From: Candidatus Magasanikiibacteriota bacterium
Lineage (GTDB): Bacteria > Patescibacteriota > Patescibacteriia > Magasanikbacterales > UBA922
Assembly (NCBI GenBank): GCA_041674805.1
Contig: JBAYVA010000001.1
Location: forward strand, 326,612-390,611
Reading direction: 5' to 3'
DNA length: 64,000 nucleotides
Part shown: one piece after another, positions 20,183 through 29,975 of the stretch
Layout of the letters: each line of letters begins with the position of its first letter
Position numbering within the stretch: the stretch's first letter is position 1
Notes under the pieces: model-generated
The model's input: only the letters and a program-made list of their open reading frames with translations
Told to the model about the DNA's origin: nothing
Database searches by the model: none
Translations under genes and position numbers: made by a program

Positions 20183-20284
20183 TTATTTAAAATATTTCAA
20201 ACCTAAAAATAACAAAACACCAACTACCAACAAAATTGGTAAAGCTGACCAAATAAATCCACCTAAATTCATTGTAGGTTCCAT
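20183..20284 (-). CDS. Small single-TM protein (33 aa)
   Basis: MEPTMNLGGFIWSALPILLVVGVLLFLGLKYFK fills the mnmA-DUF4173 gap, with 4 and 7 bp spacers. Confidence 0.55.
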   Translation of the reverse strand: MEPTMNLGGFIWSALPILLVVGVLLFLGLKYFK

Positions 20285-20288
20285 AAAA

Positions 20289-21425
20289 TTAGATAATTAC
20301 ACCACCACCAAGGCATTCACCATCTTTGTAAAAAACAGCAAATTGTCCAGAAGTAGCAGCTCTTTGTTTGTTTAAAAATTTTAATTTGTAAATATTATCA
20401 TTTTTCTCAACAATCACTTCTTGCAAAGCTTGTCTATGACGTAATCTTACTGTACATTTTAACGGAAAAACTGGTATTTGTCCACTTATCCAATTTATAT
20501 CATCAACATCAATTTCATCTTTATTCAATAACTCACTATCTTCATATCCAACAACCAATTGATTAGCCTCAAAATTTTTGGCAACAACAAACAATGGTTT
20601 ATTATCACTCTTAATTCCGAACTGTGAACTCTGAACTCCAATATGACGTTGACCAATAGTATAAAAAGCCAAGCCTTCATGTTCACCTATTAATTCTCCA
20701 CTTTCTGTTACAATTTCACCTGGATTTTTCTTCAAATCACGCTGCAAAAATTCTTTCATATCAAGTTCACCCACAAAACAAATTCCCATACTTTCTTCTT
20801 TCGTAGCTGTAGGCAAATCAAATTTTTTGGCTAATTCTCTAACTTCAGGTTTGGTATAATCACCCAAAGGAAATAAAGTTTTGGAAAGTTGTTCTTGATT
20901 TAGTTGATGCAAAAAATAAGTCTGATCCTTGTTATCGTCCTTTGCTTGCATTAATTTATATTCCTCATTCCCCATTCCTCGTGCCTCTACTTTCGCGTAA
21001 TGTCCTGTCGCAATATAATCAAAACCCAATTCTTGTATTTTTTCTAGCCAAACACCAAATTTAATAAACTTATTACACATCACATCAGGATTTGGAGTGT
21101 TGCCTTTCTTATATTCAGCCAACATATAATCCAAAACTTTTTCTTTATATTCTTTTTGAAAATCAAGCTTCAAAAGTGGAATTCCAAGCTTAGCGGAAAC
21201 TCTCAAAGCATCTCTATAATCCGGTACCCAACAAATATTACCCATGTTTTCTTCACTGTTTTTTTCCCATTCCTCATTCCTCATTCCTCGTTCCTCGTAG
21301 TTGATCATATACGCTCCGGTCACATCAAAACCAGCTTCAACCAAAAGAGCTGCGGCTACAGAAGAATCTACACCACCAGACATAGCGACGAGAATTTTCT
21401 TATTTTTATCAATATTTTGAAACAT
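20289..21425 (-). CDS. mnmA: tRNA 2-thiouridylase MnmA
   Basis: AMSGGVDSSVAA, TPNPDVMCN, ATGHYA, KDQTYFL, ESMGICF, GQFAVFY. Confidence 0.96.
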   Translation of the reverse strand: MFQNIDKNKKILVAMSGGVDSSVAAALLVEAGFDVTGAYMINYEERGMRNEEWEKNSEENMGNICWVPDYRDALRVSAKLGIPLLKLDFQKEYKEKVLDYMLAEYKKGNTPNPDVMCNKFIKFGVWLEKIQELGFDYIATGHYAKVEARGMGNEEYKLMQAKDDNKDQTYFLHQLNQEQLSKTLFPLGDYTKPEVRELAKKFDLPTATKEESMGICFVGELDMKEFLQRDLKKNPGEIVTESGELIGEHEGLAFYTIGQRHIGVQSSQFGIKSDNKPLFVVAKNFEANQLVVGYEDSELLNKDEIDVDDINWISGQIPVFPLKCTVRLRHRQALQEVIVEKNDNIYKLKFLNKQRAATSGQFAVFYKDGECLGGGVII

Positions 21426-21595
21426 AATAAGCATATCTTAGCGGAAAAAAGTCTTTTTGTCAAAAGTATATTACAAGGCTTACGAGGCTTATACGCATTG
21501 TAAGTACAAAAAAACAAAACTGTCTCAAAAAATAATTCTTAAAAATAAAAGAAATCTCACAAAATGAGATTTCTTTTTGAATTTCAAAGTAAAGA

Positions 21596-21889
21596 TTACT
21601 CTTTATTTTTCATATAGCATTCACGACAGAAAATGTCACTACCTGCTTTAGGTTCGAAAGGCAATTGTGTGATGTGAGTACCACAACCAGCACAATTTAC
21701 ATCTACATCGAACATTCTTTTTTGAGGGCGAGCTCCGCCATTACGTTCATCACGATGAGCGCGATTACAATCTTGACAGAAAACTGGACGGTCTCCTGAA
21801 GGTTGAAAAGGCAATTGTGAAATGTGAGTACCACATTTTGCACAACTTAGATCAACGTTGAACATTTCTCTTGGTCCTTGATTATACAT
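21596..21889 (-). CDS. Protein with two tandem CxxC-x17-CxxC zinc-ribbon repeats
   Basis: CAKCG..LPFQP..RPVFCQDC and CAGCG..LPFEP..IFCREC. Confidence 0.85.
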   Translation of the reverse strand: MYNQGPREMFNVDLSCAKCGTHISQLPFQPSGDRPVFCQDCNRAHRDERNGGARPQKRMFDVDVNCAGCGTHITQLPFEPKAGSDIFCRECYMKNKE

Positions 21890-22097
21890 AGTATACGTTC
21901 CAAATTGGTTATTAATAAATTTTCCGACCTTTTGGGAACGTACTATTTTTTTCTAAAAACATAAAGGGAATTAAAAATCTCGTTACCCATAAATATAATA
22001 GCAAATTTACTATTTTTAGTCAATTATTCTATAAACAGGTAATATACAATAAGCAAATTACAATAATTTTTTGTATATTAAAAATTATAATTTTATA

Positions 22098-23141
22098 CTA
22101 AAGTCCTTTAAAAACAGGCAAACCATTGCTACCAGTTGGCACATAAATAGTTCCTTCTCTATCTTTCAAACTATTGATATACAAATATTCCAAATAACGA
22201 TCTGACAAACTTTCATTGATAATCTTTTGAGCATCACGTTGTCCTTCTGCTTCTATACGTTTACGTTCCGCTTCTTTTTGTTCTTTTTCCAACAAGAAAT
22301 TATAACGTTCAGTTTCTTGTTCTGCTTGTAATTTTTGTTGAATACTACTTGCCAAATTAGCTGGTAACTCTACATGACGAAATAAGACTTCTTCAAGAGA
22401 AATGCCTCTTGGATCCATACGTTCTTTTAGCCTTTTTTCAATTTCAGCTGCAACATCTTGTCTCTTGTCAGAATAAATATCTTTGACATTGTAATTAGCC
22501 ACTACTTCACGAATCACACTACGAATTTGTGGACGAATAATACTCTCTTCATAAGAAAGACCAAGATCACGATAAACATCACTAGCTTTTTCTTCTACCA
22601 AATGATAAAGAACCGTAATATCCAAATCCACACTAAGACCTTCTTTGGTCAAAGCAGTAATAGCATCAGCACCCGATCTATTACCTTCACCTTGGGCAAT
22701 ACTCATTGTATAATCACGAGTACGAATACCTACTTTGGTAATTTTTACAAAAGGATTCTTGAAATGAAAACCAGAAGAAAGTTCTTCATCCATCACTTTA
22801 CCAAACAAAGATTTGACACCTGTCTCACCTGCTCCAACTACTATCCAAAATGAACTAGCAAAACTAAGTAAAATAAAAAATAAAAAAATAGAAAATATTA
22901 CAACCAAGGTTTTTTTCATACTATATTTATTTGGATTTATTGTTTCCATATTTGATTTGAAATTATTTTTTTTGAAATTAGGAAATATATTTTGTAAATT
23001 AAAAAAAACATTTTTGTCTATTTTTTTTCTTGTCAAAAATAATAATATTACTAACAAAAATAAAAACAAACCAATATTATTTATAATCACTGAAATTACT
23101 AACAAAATAATTACCGCCGTGACAACTTTTTGCAATTTCAT
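22098..23141 (-). CDS. SPFH/prohibitin (band 7) family protein
   Basis: VGAGETGV..FG, TKEGLSV, IRSVIREV, EAERKRIEAEG. Start could be later. Confidence 0.88.
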   Translation of the reverse strand: MKLQKVVTAVIILLVISVIINNIGLFLFLLVILLFLTRKKIDKNVFFNLQNIFPNFKKNNFKSNMETINPNKYSMKKTLVVIFSIFLFFILLSFASSFWIVVGAGETGVKSLFGKVMDEELSSGFHFKNPFVKITKVGIRTRDYTMSIAQGEGNRSGADAITALTKEGLSVDLDITVLYHLVEEKASDVYRDLGLSYEESIIRPQIRSVIREVVANYNVKDIYSDKRQDVAAEIEKRLKERMDPRGISLEEVLFRHVELPANLASSIQQKLQAEQETERYNFLLEKEQKEAERKRIEAEGQRDAQKIINESLSDRYLEYLYINSLKDREGTIYVPTGSNGLPVFKGL

Positions 23142-23153
23142 ATGAAGTATAAA

Positions 23154-23549
23154 TTATTTATCAGTATCCACAGTAAAAGTAGCATCAAATTCATAACCAG
23201 CGTAAGTAGTCAAAACTAATACTTCCAACATACCAATATATAATGTCCAGTCAGAATAATAAACACTAAATGATTTTACAAAAACTGGTACTGTAATAAT
23301 CATATCCAACAAAGTACCAACAAGTACTGCCACAATACCCAACATTAAACCTTTTTTGCTAGTAGGCTCGTCTTTACGAAAATACCATTTAGCAAGTAAC
23401 ATTACAAAAGGAATTAGTAATACCCACAAAATTAGATTTTGAAACAAATCAGAATCTTTGACACCTGGCAAAAACATCAAAACAGAAATTATCACAAAAA
23501 TAAAAATCCACAAAAATAAACCAAACAAACCAGCTCTTAAATATTTCAT
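23154..23549 (-). CDS. Small 4-TM membrane protein (DUF5367-like)
   Basis: Hydrophobic; LDMIITVPVF motif. Confidence 0.6.
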   Translation of the reverse strand: MKYLRAGLFGLFLWIFIFVIISVLMFLPGVKDSDLFQNLILWVLLIPFVMLLAKWYFRKDEPTSKKGLMLGIVAVLVGTLLDMIITVPVFVKSFSVYYSDWTLYIGMLEVLVLTTYAGYEFDATFTVDTDK

Positions 23550-23666
23550 ATAATTTTAAATTATATCCTTAATAAGGATAATTTATTATTTTAAAGATAA
23601 AATACTATAAATAATAGCGACTCTTGTATCTTTATTCTGTATTAATCTTAACATCATAAATGATGA

Positions 23667-25394
23667 TTAATCAAATTTTACTAATTCATCTTCATTCATT
23701 TTTTTTACATTATTTTCTACAGAAACATTTTCATTATTTGTTTTTTTCTTTCTCTTTCTTTTTCTTTTTTTCTTTTGAGTTTCAAAATTAGCATCACTAA
23801 TATTTTGTGGAGACAAACCTGGCAATAAATCCAAATTTTCATCTTGTATATCTAATTTTGTCTCTACTTTTTTATATACTTGTGTATCTACTACTGGTTC
23901 TACTTGATTTAGATCAATTACATTTTCTGTTTTTTCTGGAACTTCGGCAACTGTTTCTTTTACTACCACCTCTTTTTCTACATTTTTTTCTACACTTATT
24001 GTTTCTCTATTTATTGTTTCTTTGGTACTAGTTTTTTCTTCATATACAACATCATTTTCATCATTAGCAAGTTCATCTCCACCCATACCACTCCAACGTA
24101 AAATTTTGTCAGCGATAATATCACGATGACGACCATATCTTTCTCTTGAAACTCTGATAACTTTTTGTGCTGAACCAGTTTCTTGTGCAATTGGTGGCAT
24201 AGTCATCGCTGAAAAAGGATGAGAAGCCAAACCATCTATCATAAGTTTCAATAATATTTTGTATTTTGCCAAATTGACAATATCTTGCTCTATAAAATTA
24301 GGTGCAAATTCTTTGGCCAAAATTTCAGCATCGGAAGCACCAACACGAAAAGTCACAATACTGCCCACATTACCAAAAACAGCACCAGATACTATTTCAT
24401 CCAGCTGTGTGACATATTGATGCGCCATAATCAGACTAAGACGATATTTACGAGCTTCTGACAAAATATTAGCAAAACTAGGTGTAGCAAAATTTTGGAA
24501 TTCATCAACATACAAGAAAAAATCTTTACGTTCATTTTCTGGAGTATCTACTCTTTCCATAGCGGCAAGCTGTATTTCGGTAATAAGCATACCACCAAGC
24601 AAACGACTATTATCTTCTCCAATTCTACCTTTGGACAAATTCATGATAAAAATTTTGCCACTATCCATAATTTCACGAACATTGATAGTAGATTTGACTT
24701 GAGCTACCATATTACGAATAACAGAAGCAGACAAAAATTGACCAATTTTGTTTTGGATAGGAGCGACAGCTTCTTGAGCATATCTGTCATTGTAACTTGC
24801 AAATTCTGTTTGCCAAAAAGCTTTGACAACAGGATCTTTCAACTGCTTGACGACTTTGCGTCTATAATCTTTGTCAGCCAAAAGACGATTGATACCAAGC
24901 AAAGTAGAACCTGGATAATCAAGCAAAGCCAAAATAGTATTATTCAAAATATATTCCATTCTGGAACTCCAGACATCTGGCCAAATTTTCTTGAAAATGC
25001 CCATCAAACCTGAAGCTACTAAATGTTTTTGTTCTTCAGAACGTACTTCCAAGATATTGAAACCAATTGGAAATTCTACATCAGAAGGATTGAAATAAAC
25101 CACGTCATTGATACGATGTGGCGGAATGTAATTGATAATTTTTTCAGCAAAATCTCCATGAGGGTCCACAATACCCACACCATGCCCTTTGTAAATATCA
25201 TTCAAAACCATGTTTTCCATCATGGTAGTCTTACCCATACCAGTCTTACCAATGATATACATATGTCGTCTTCTATCATCAGTTTTGATACCAAATCTAC
25301 GCAATTGATTACGATAATTAGTTTGTCCAAAAAGACAAATATCATCTTTTTTTTCTTTTTCTTGACCTTTTTGTTGTAAATGAATATTAGGCAT
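23667..25394 (-). CDS. TraD/TrwB-like (HerA/FtsK superfamily) ATPase
   Basis: DRRRHMYIIGKTGMGKTT, DPHGD, LYVDEFQNF, SEARKYRLSL.AHQY; low-complexity C-terminal tail. Confidence 0.85.
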   Translation of the reverse strand: MPNIHLQQKGQEKEKKDDICLFGQTNYRNQLRRFGIKTDDRRRHMYIIGKTGMGKTTMMENMVLNDIYKGHGVGIVDPHGDFAEKIINYIPPHRINDVVYFNPSDVEFPIGFNILEVRSEEQKHLVASGLMGIFKKIWPDVWSSRMEYILNNTILALLDYPGSTLLGINRLLADKDYRRKVVKQLKDPVVKAFWQTEFASYNDRYAQEAVAPIQNKIGQFLSASVIRNMVAQVKSTINVREIMDSGKIFIMNLSKGRIGEDNSRLLGGMLITEIQLAAMERVDTPENERKDFFLYVDEFQNFATPSFANILSEARKYRLSLIMAHQYVTQLDEIVSGAVFGNVGSIVTFRVGASDAEILAKEFAPNFIEQDIVNLAKYKILLKLMIDGLASHPFSAMTMPPIAQETGSAQKVIRVSRERYGRHRDIIADKILRWSGMGGDELANDENDVVYEEKTSTKETINRETISVEKNVEKEVVVKETVAEVPEKTENVIDLNQVEPVVDTQVYKKVETKLDIQDENLDLLPGLSPQNISDANFETQKKKRKRKRKKKTNNENVSVENNVKKMNEDELVKFD

Positions 25395-25492
25395 AATATA
25401 GTATTTTATTATGGAGAAATTATATCACAAACAAAAAAATTTGGCTACTAAAAAAGCACTCCTTTTTCGAGGAGTGCTTTTGAGGAAAAAAA

Positions 25493-25900
25493 TTATTGTC
25501 TTTCCAATGTGAAAATTTGACCACCTGAACTTGTTAATTCAAGTACCAATTTAGCACCATTCATACTATATTTGTAAACAAAAGGATTTGTCATACCTTC
25601 AAAAGCTACAGTCATTTGTGAATCTGTTTTTGAAGTGATAGTACCTTTAGTTTCAATGATACCAAGCTTTGTTGTCAATTTATCGCCAGCAAAGATATAT
25701 TTTGTACCTTTGTTCATTTCAGCGTATTGACCTACAGCTTCAGTGATAACCCAAGTGCCGTCAAGGCCTTGTGCTTTTTCACTTCCTACTTCAACTTTAC
25801 TACCTGTACTAGTAGTATCTGAAGTTGTTGTAGATGAACAACCTGCTCCCACTAAAGCTAGCACGCTCAAAGCGGCTACGATAGAAACTTTTTTATTCAT
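25493..25900 (-). CDS. Lipoprotein, lipocalin-like beta domain
   Basis: Lipobox VGAG-C; LDGTW motif. Confidence 0.65.
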   Translation of the reverse strand: MNKKVSIVAALSVLALVGAGCSSTTTSDTTSTGSKVEVGSEKAQGLDGTWVITEAVGQYAEMNKGTKYIFAGDKLTTKLGIIETKGTITSKTDSQMTVAFEGMTNPFVYKYSMNGAKLVLELTSSGGQIFTLERQ

Positions 25901-25936
25901 AATATATATATTATGTTAATTAAATAAATTAATAAA

Positions 25937-26464
25937 TTATTTTAAATAAATTTTGTCAATTGTCAATTCGTATTCTTTTTTACTGTTATCTTTTACTGTA
26001 TATTTTTCACCATTTACAGCCATAACTTCAGCACTATAATATGGATAGATAGTTTTACCACCAAACATTTCACCTTTGCCAATATTAGCTATGACTTTTG
26101 CACCTACTACTAAAGATTCAGCACTTGGTGTAACTGGTTTTACTAATTTATCTTCAGTGATACAACTTGCACTAAGACCTTTGTATCTTACATAAAAACC
26201 AGTCTCACAAGCAAATTCTTCTACTTTACCTTCATACCAACCATAACCTAAGTCAACAAGCACATTTTCGCCTGTTTTGAATTTTGCTTCTGCTTGAGCT
26301 ACTACTTCTACATCTTTTACATTTAGATCCACTTCTGAAACCACAACATCACCAGAAGAAGTTTCAACACTTACATTTGGAGTAGTGTCTGTAGTAGAAG
26401 AACAACCTGCACCAACCAAAGCTATTACCCCCATACTAGCTAACAAAGAAAGTTTTACTTTCAT
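25937..26464 (-). CDS. Lipoprotein with two Tudor/SH3-like repeats
   Basis: Lipobox VGAG-C; FKTGENVLV..GWYEGKV..YVRY and LVVGAKVIA..YYSAEV..YTV. Confidence 0.6.
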   Translation of the reverse strand: MKVKLSLLASMGVIALVGAGCSSTTDTTPNVSVETSSGDVVVSEVDLNVKDVEVVAQAEAKFKTGENVLVDLGYGWYEGKVEEFACETGFYVRYKGLSASCITEDKLVKPVTPSAESLVVGAKVIANIGKGEMFGGKTIYPYYSAEVMAVNGEKYTVKDNSKKEYELTIDKIYLK

Positions 26465-26529
26465 AGTTTTTTATAATTAACTGATTTAAACTATCCAAAT
26501 TATAACAATTAATATCATTAAGGTCAAAA

Positions 26530-27603
26530 TTATTTTAACAACTTTTCCACAATAGATAAAATATCTTGTTTTTTGGCTACTGGTAAAAGTCTTTTTAAGT
26601 TGTTAGACAACATATTATTTTCTTCTTTATCATCCAAAATTCTTTTGATAATTTTAGCCAAAAATAATCCATCTGAAGTAACTTCATTTACTAAAATTGC
26701 TGAATTATTTTTTTCCAAGAATCTAACATTTTCTACTTGATGACCAGGCTTTGGGATAATGACAGCTGTTTTACCAAGAGCCGCTATTTCTGACAAAGTA
26801 CCAAAACCACCACGAGACACCACAATATCTGAAACAGCATAAGCATGTTTCATTTCACTCGTAAAAAATTGATAAACATGATAATCAGCAAAATATTTTT
26901 GTGCACGTTCTACCAATTCTTGAGGTCTGTCTCTACCAGACAAATGTATAATTTGTATTTTATCTTTCAAATGTCCCATTGCTTCTACAATCATTTGATT
27001 GACACGAATAGAACCAGTACCACCACCGGTAGCAAAAACTACTGGCAAATCTTTTTTCAAAGAAAATATTTTGTAAGCCTCTTCCCTACTTCCTTGCAAA
27101 ATATCTTGTCTCACTGGATTGCCCAACCAAAAAGTTTTTTTCTTTTTAAAATTTTTGACATTGGCTTCTACTGAAGTAGTCACCACTCTTGCCAAAGGTG
27201 CCATAAGTTTACTAGAAAGTCCAATTACAATATCTTGACTGTGAATCCACGTCGGAATACCCAATATCCAAGCTGCAAAATGCAATGGTACAGATACAAA
27301 GCCACCTGCTGAAATACACATGTCTGGATTTTCTCGCCACAAAATTTTGAAGGCTTGAAAAAAACCAGCAATAATTCTAAAAATATCAAAAATATTTAAA
27401 AAAGAAAAATAACGACGAAATTTGCCAGACGTAATACTACAAAATTTTACATTATTTTCTTCTACCAATTTTTGTTCAGGACCAGTCTTAGTACCAACCC
27501 AAACAAACTCTAAATCTGAATAATTTTCTTTGATAGTCTCACGAATAGCCAAAAGTGGTGTTACTGGACCAAGAGTACCTCCACCGGAAAATAAAACCTT
27601 CAT
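26530..27603 (-). CDS. murG: MurG, lipid I GlcNAc transferase
   Basis: GGGTLGPVTP, GGFVSVP, GNPVR, GGGTGS, SRGG; follows ftsW. Confidence 0.9.
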   Translation of the reverse strand: MKVLFSGGGTLGPVTPLLAIRETIKENYSDLEFVWVGTKTGPEQKLVEENNVKFCSITSGKFRRYFSFLNIFDIFRIIAGFFQAFKILWRENPDMCISAGGFVSVPLHFAAWILGIPTWIHSQDIVIGLSSKLMAPLARVVTTSVEANVKNFKKKKTFWLGNPVRQDILQGSREEAYKIFSLKKDLPVVFATGGGTGSIRVNQMIVEAMGHLKDKIQIIHLSGRDRPQELVERAQKYFADYHVYQFFTSEMKHAYAVSDIVVSRGGFGTLSEIAALGKTAVIIPKPGHQVENVRFLEKNNSAILVNEVTSDGLFLAKIIKRILDDKEENNMLSNNLKRLLPVAKKQDILSIVEKLLK

Positions 27604-27690
27604 AATACACTGATTTAAACTGATTAAATTGATTACACAGACAATATTCTACTATTTTTAAATAATTTTCATAATTATAATAAAAACATT

Positions 27691-27741
27691 TCCTCCCACA
27701 GCCCAAGGCGTGCTAAGCAAGGCGGATCAGCCTGGGGCTGA
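27691..27741. repeat. 51-bp modular palindromic element (same family as 45240 and 45701)
   Basis: TCCTCC-[CACAGCCCAAGGCGTGCTAAG]-CAA-GGCGGA-TCAGCC-TGG-GGCTGA. Confidence 0.8.
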
Positions 27742-27800
27742 AAAAATGAAAACATTAAAACAAAATTTTAGATAAAAATTGTTTTTATGTTCTTGTGTTT

Positions 27801-28913
27801 TTATGCTTTCATGTCAGCATGTTTTGAAACACTCACCACAATCCCCATACTAGCCATACCAATCATCAGCGCACTACCACCGTGACTAACAAATGGCAAA
27901 GGCACACCAGTCAAAGGCAATAATCCCACAATAGCGCCAATATTCAAAAAAGATTGCACAAAAAGCCACGACATCACACCAGTCACCAATAATCTACCAA
28001 ATTCATCTTTAGTATTTACCGCAATACTAAACCCACGTTTTAACAACAAAAACAAAAGAGACAAAAAACCTACAACCATGACAAAACCCATTTCTTCGGA
28101 CATAATCGCAAAAATACTATCACCATGTACTTCTGGCAAATACTGAAACTTTTGTCTAGAATGACCAAAACCAAGTCCAAACAAACCACCCGAACCTACA
28201 GCCAAAAAAGCTTGATTGATTTGATAACCTTGTCCTTGAGGATCAAGCTCTGGATGCAAAAAAGTGGTAAGTCTATGTGCTCTATATGGTGCGATAATAA
28301 CCAAAAAAATAAAACCAATTACCGCTGCCAAAACCAAACCAGACATATGAGAAAATTTGGCACCAGCAAAAAAGAGCATTGCAAACAAAATACTAAATAA
28401 AATAGCTGTTGTACCAATATCTGGCTGTAAAATTACCATCGCAATAGGAAGCATTCCCACTCCCAAAGCTACTAAAAAACCTTCTTTGAAATCTTTTATT
28501 TTGTCACCCATCTTGGCAAAAAAAGCTGCCATATAAATAATCAAAGACATTTTCATTGCTTCAGCTGGCTGAAAAGAATAACCAAACAAATTGATCCAAC
28601 TACTACTACTAGTATTATTGGTAGAACCAATTCCTGGCACAAAAACCAAAAATAATAAAAACAAACCAAGCAAAAATATTGGCGCTGACAATTTTCTCCA
28701 AAAATTATAATTTATTTTTGATAAAATAATAAACAAAAAAAATCCTGGCAAAAAACCAAGAAAAAATTGTCTTTTAACAAAAAAATAAGGATCATCAAAA
28801 CTATTTATCCCCACAGCAACTGAAGCAGAACTAAGTACCATCATACCAAAAATCAGCAGGATAAAAAAAAGTGAAATAAAATTGTAATCAGCTTTTTTTG
28901 AAGTAGTACTCAT
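27801..28913 (-). CDS. ftsW: SEDS peptidoglycan polymerase FtsW
   Basis: SFQPAE..K, QPDIGT, LPEVHGDSIFA, PLTGVPLPFVSHGGS. Confidence 0.93.
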   Translation of the reverse strand: MSTTSKKADYNFISLFFILLIFGMMVLSSASVAVGINSFDDPYFFVKRQFFLGFLPGFFLFIILSKINYNFWRKLSAPIFLLGLFLLFLVFVPGIGSTNNTSSSSWINLFGYSFQPAEAMKMSLIIYMAAFFAKMGDKIKDFKEGFLVALGVGMLPIAMVILQPDIGTTAILFSILFAMLFFAGAKFSHMSGLVLAAVIGFIFLVIIAPYRAHRLTTFLHPELDPQGQGYQINQAFLAVGSGGLFGLGFGHSRQKFQYLPEVHGDSIFAIMSEEMGFVMVVGFLSLLFLLLKRGFSIAVNTKDEFGRLLVTGVMSWLFVQSFLNIGAIVGLLPLTGVPLPFVSHGGSALMIGMASMGIVVSVSKHADMKA

Positions 28914-28917
28914 AAAG

Positions 28918-29280
28918 CTATACGTTCAAAAATACCAAAATAAAAGTCACCATCACAATAAATACCTGACAAACAAAAGCTACAAAATTCAAAACTTGTG
29001 ACATAAACTTGTCTTTTTTGAACAAAAGCCAACCCATAAAAAAATTACTAAGAATAATCATCAGACCCATAAACGGTACCAAAAAGACTTTCCAACTTTC
29101 ACCTATTAAATCTACACCAAACAAAACATTGTAATGCAAAAACAAATCAGATTCTGAAACTGGCAATTGGAATTTGAGCCAAAACCAAGAAAACAAATTC
29201 AATAGCAATGACAAACTAACCATCAACATGATAGGGAAAGAGAAGAAATAAAGTTTCAATGGATAAAGACGTAATTTCAT
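28918..29280 (-). CDS. Hypothetical membrane protein
   Basis: 3 TMs; LHYNVLFGVD motif. Confidence 0.7.
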   Translation of the reverse strand: MKLRLYPLKLYFFSFPIMLMVSLSLLLNLFSWFWLKFQLPVSESDLFLHYNVLFGVDLIGESWKVFLVPFMGLMIILSNFFMGWLLFKKDKFMSQVLNFVAFVCQVFIVMVTFILVFLNV

Positions 29281-29284
29281 AAAA

Positions 29285-29378
29285 AAAGCTTAAAAAGCTT
29301 AAAATGCCTAAAAGGCTTAAAAGGCTCTTTAAACAAAAGGCCTTTCTGGCTTTTCCAGCATTTTAAGCCTTTCAAGCC
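29285..29378. repeat. Inverted array of 9-bp AAAGCTTAA-like repeats
   Basis: aaagcttaa aaagcttaa aatgcctaa aaggcttaa ... ttttaagcc tttcaagcc. Confidence 0.65.
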
Positions 29379-29407
29379 TGTACAAATTATACCCCACATT
29401 TAATCTC

Positions 29408-29436
29408 TTGACAAGCAAGTTCAATTACGATATAAT
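29408..29436 (+). promoter_or_regulatory. Consensus sigma70 promoter of rpmA
   Basis: Exact consensus TTGACA-17 bp-TATAAT. Confidence 0.85.
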
Positions 29437-29491
29437 GTCCCCGATTCACTTTTTATATAAATTTTTAAAATTTAGTAATAATAAACCCATT

Positions 29492-29779
29492 ATGGCACAT
29501 AAGAAAGCCGGTGGAACCACCAGGTTGGGACGAGACTCAAATCCACAGTACCTAGGCGTTAAGGTCAGTGATGGCCAAACAGTCAAAACAGGTATGGTCT
29601 TAGTTCGTCAACGTGGCAGTAAAATCCACCCAGGAAAAAATGTAAAAAAAGGTAAAGATGACACTTTGTTTACTCTATCAAACGGTAAAGTAAAATTCCA
29701 AACTAAAAAAAGAATGAGTTTCATCGGCAAATTAAAAACTGCCAAATATTTACATGTTGTTCCTGAAGAAGTAAAATAA
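29492..29779 (+). CDS. rpmA: 50S ribosomal protein L27
   Basis: [33 protein letters not shown]. The true start is ATG 29492. Confidence 0.97.
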   Translation: MAHKKAGGTTRLGRDSNPQYLGVKVSDGQTVKTGMVLVRQRGSKIHPGKNVKKGKDDTLFTLSNGKVKFQTKKRMSFIGKLKTAKYLHVVPEEVK

Positions 29780-29975
29780 TATTTCAAAAAACGACCTTAT
29801 CAAATGGGCCGTTTTTTTATTATTTGAGAGATTTGTGATACAATACAAATAATACACAACCTCAAAATTACAAATTCCAAATAATAAACAAATAACAAAT
29901 CTCAAATTACTTTATTATTGTATATTGTAATTTATTTGGAATTTGTTTATTTAGTATTGTTTATTCTATACAACT

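Noticed and set aside
23667-25394. Conjugative element inferred from the TraD-like ATPase
   Set aside because: No relaxase, integrase or VirB genes are nearby, and such ATPases are common chromosomal genes in CPR.
25892-25921. dif/Xer site (CATAA-N8-TTATGTTAATT)
   Set aside because: The spacer is 8 bp rather than 6, the XerC arm is poor, the context is AT-rich, and gene orientation does not switch.
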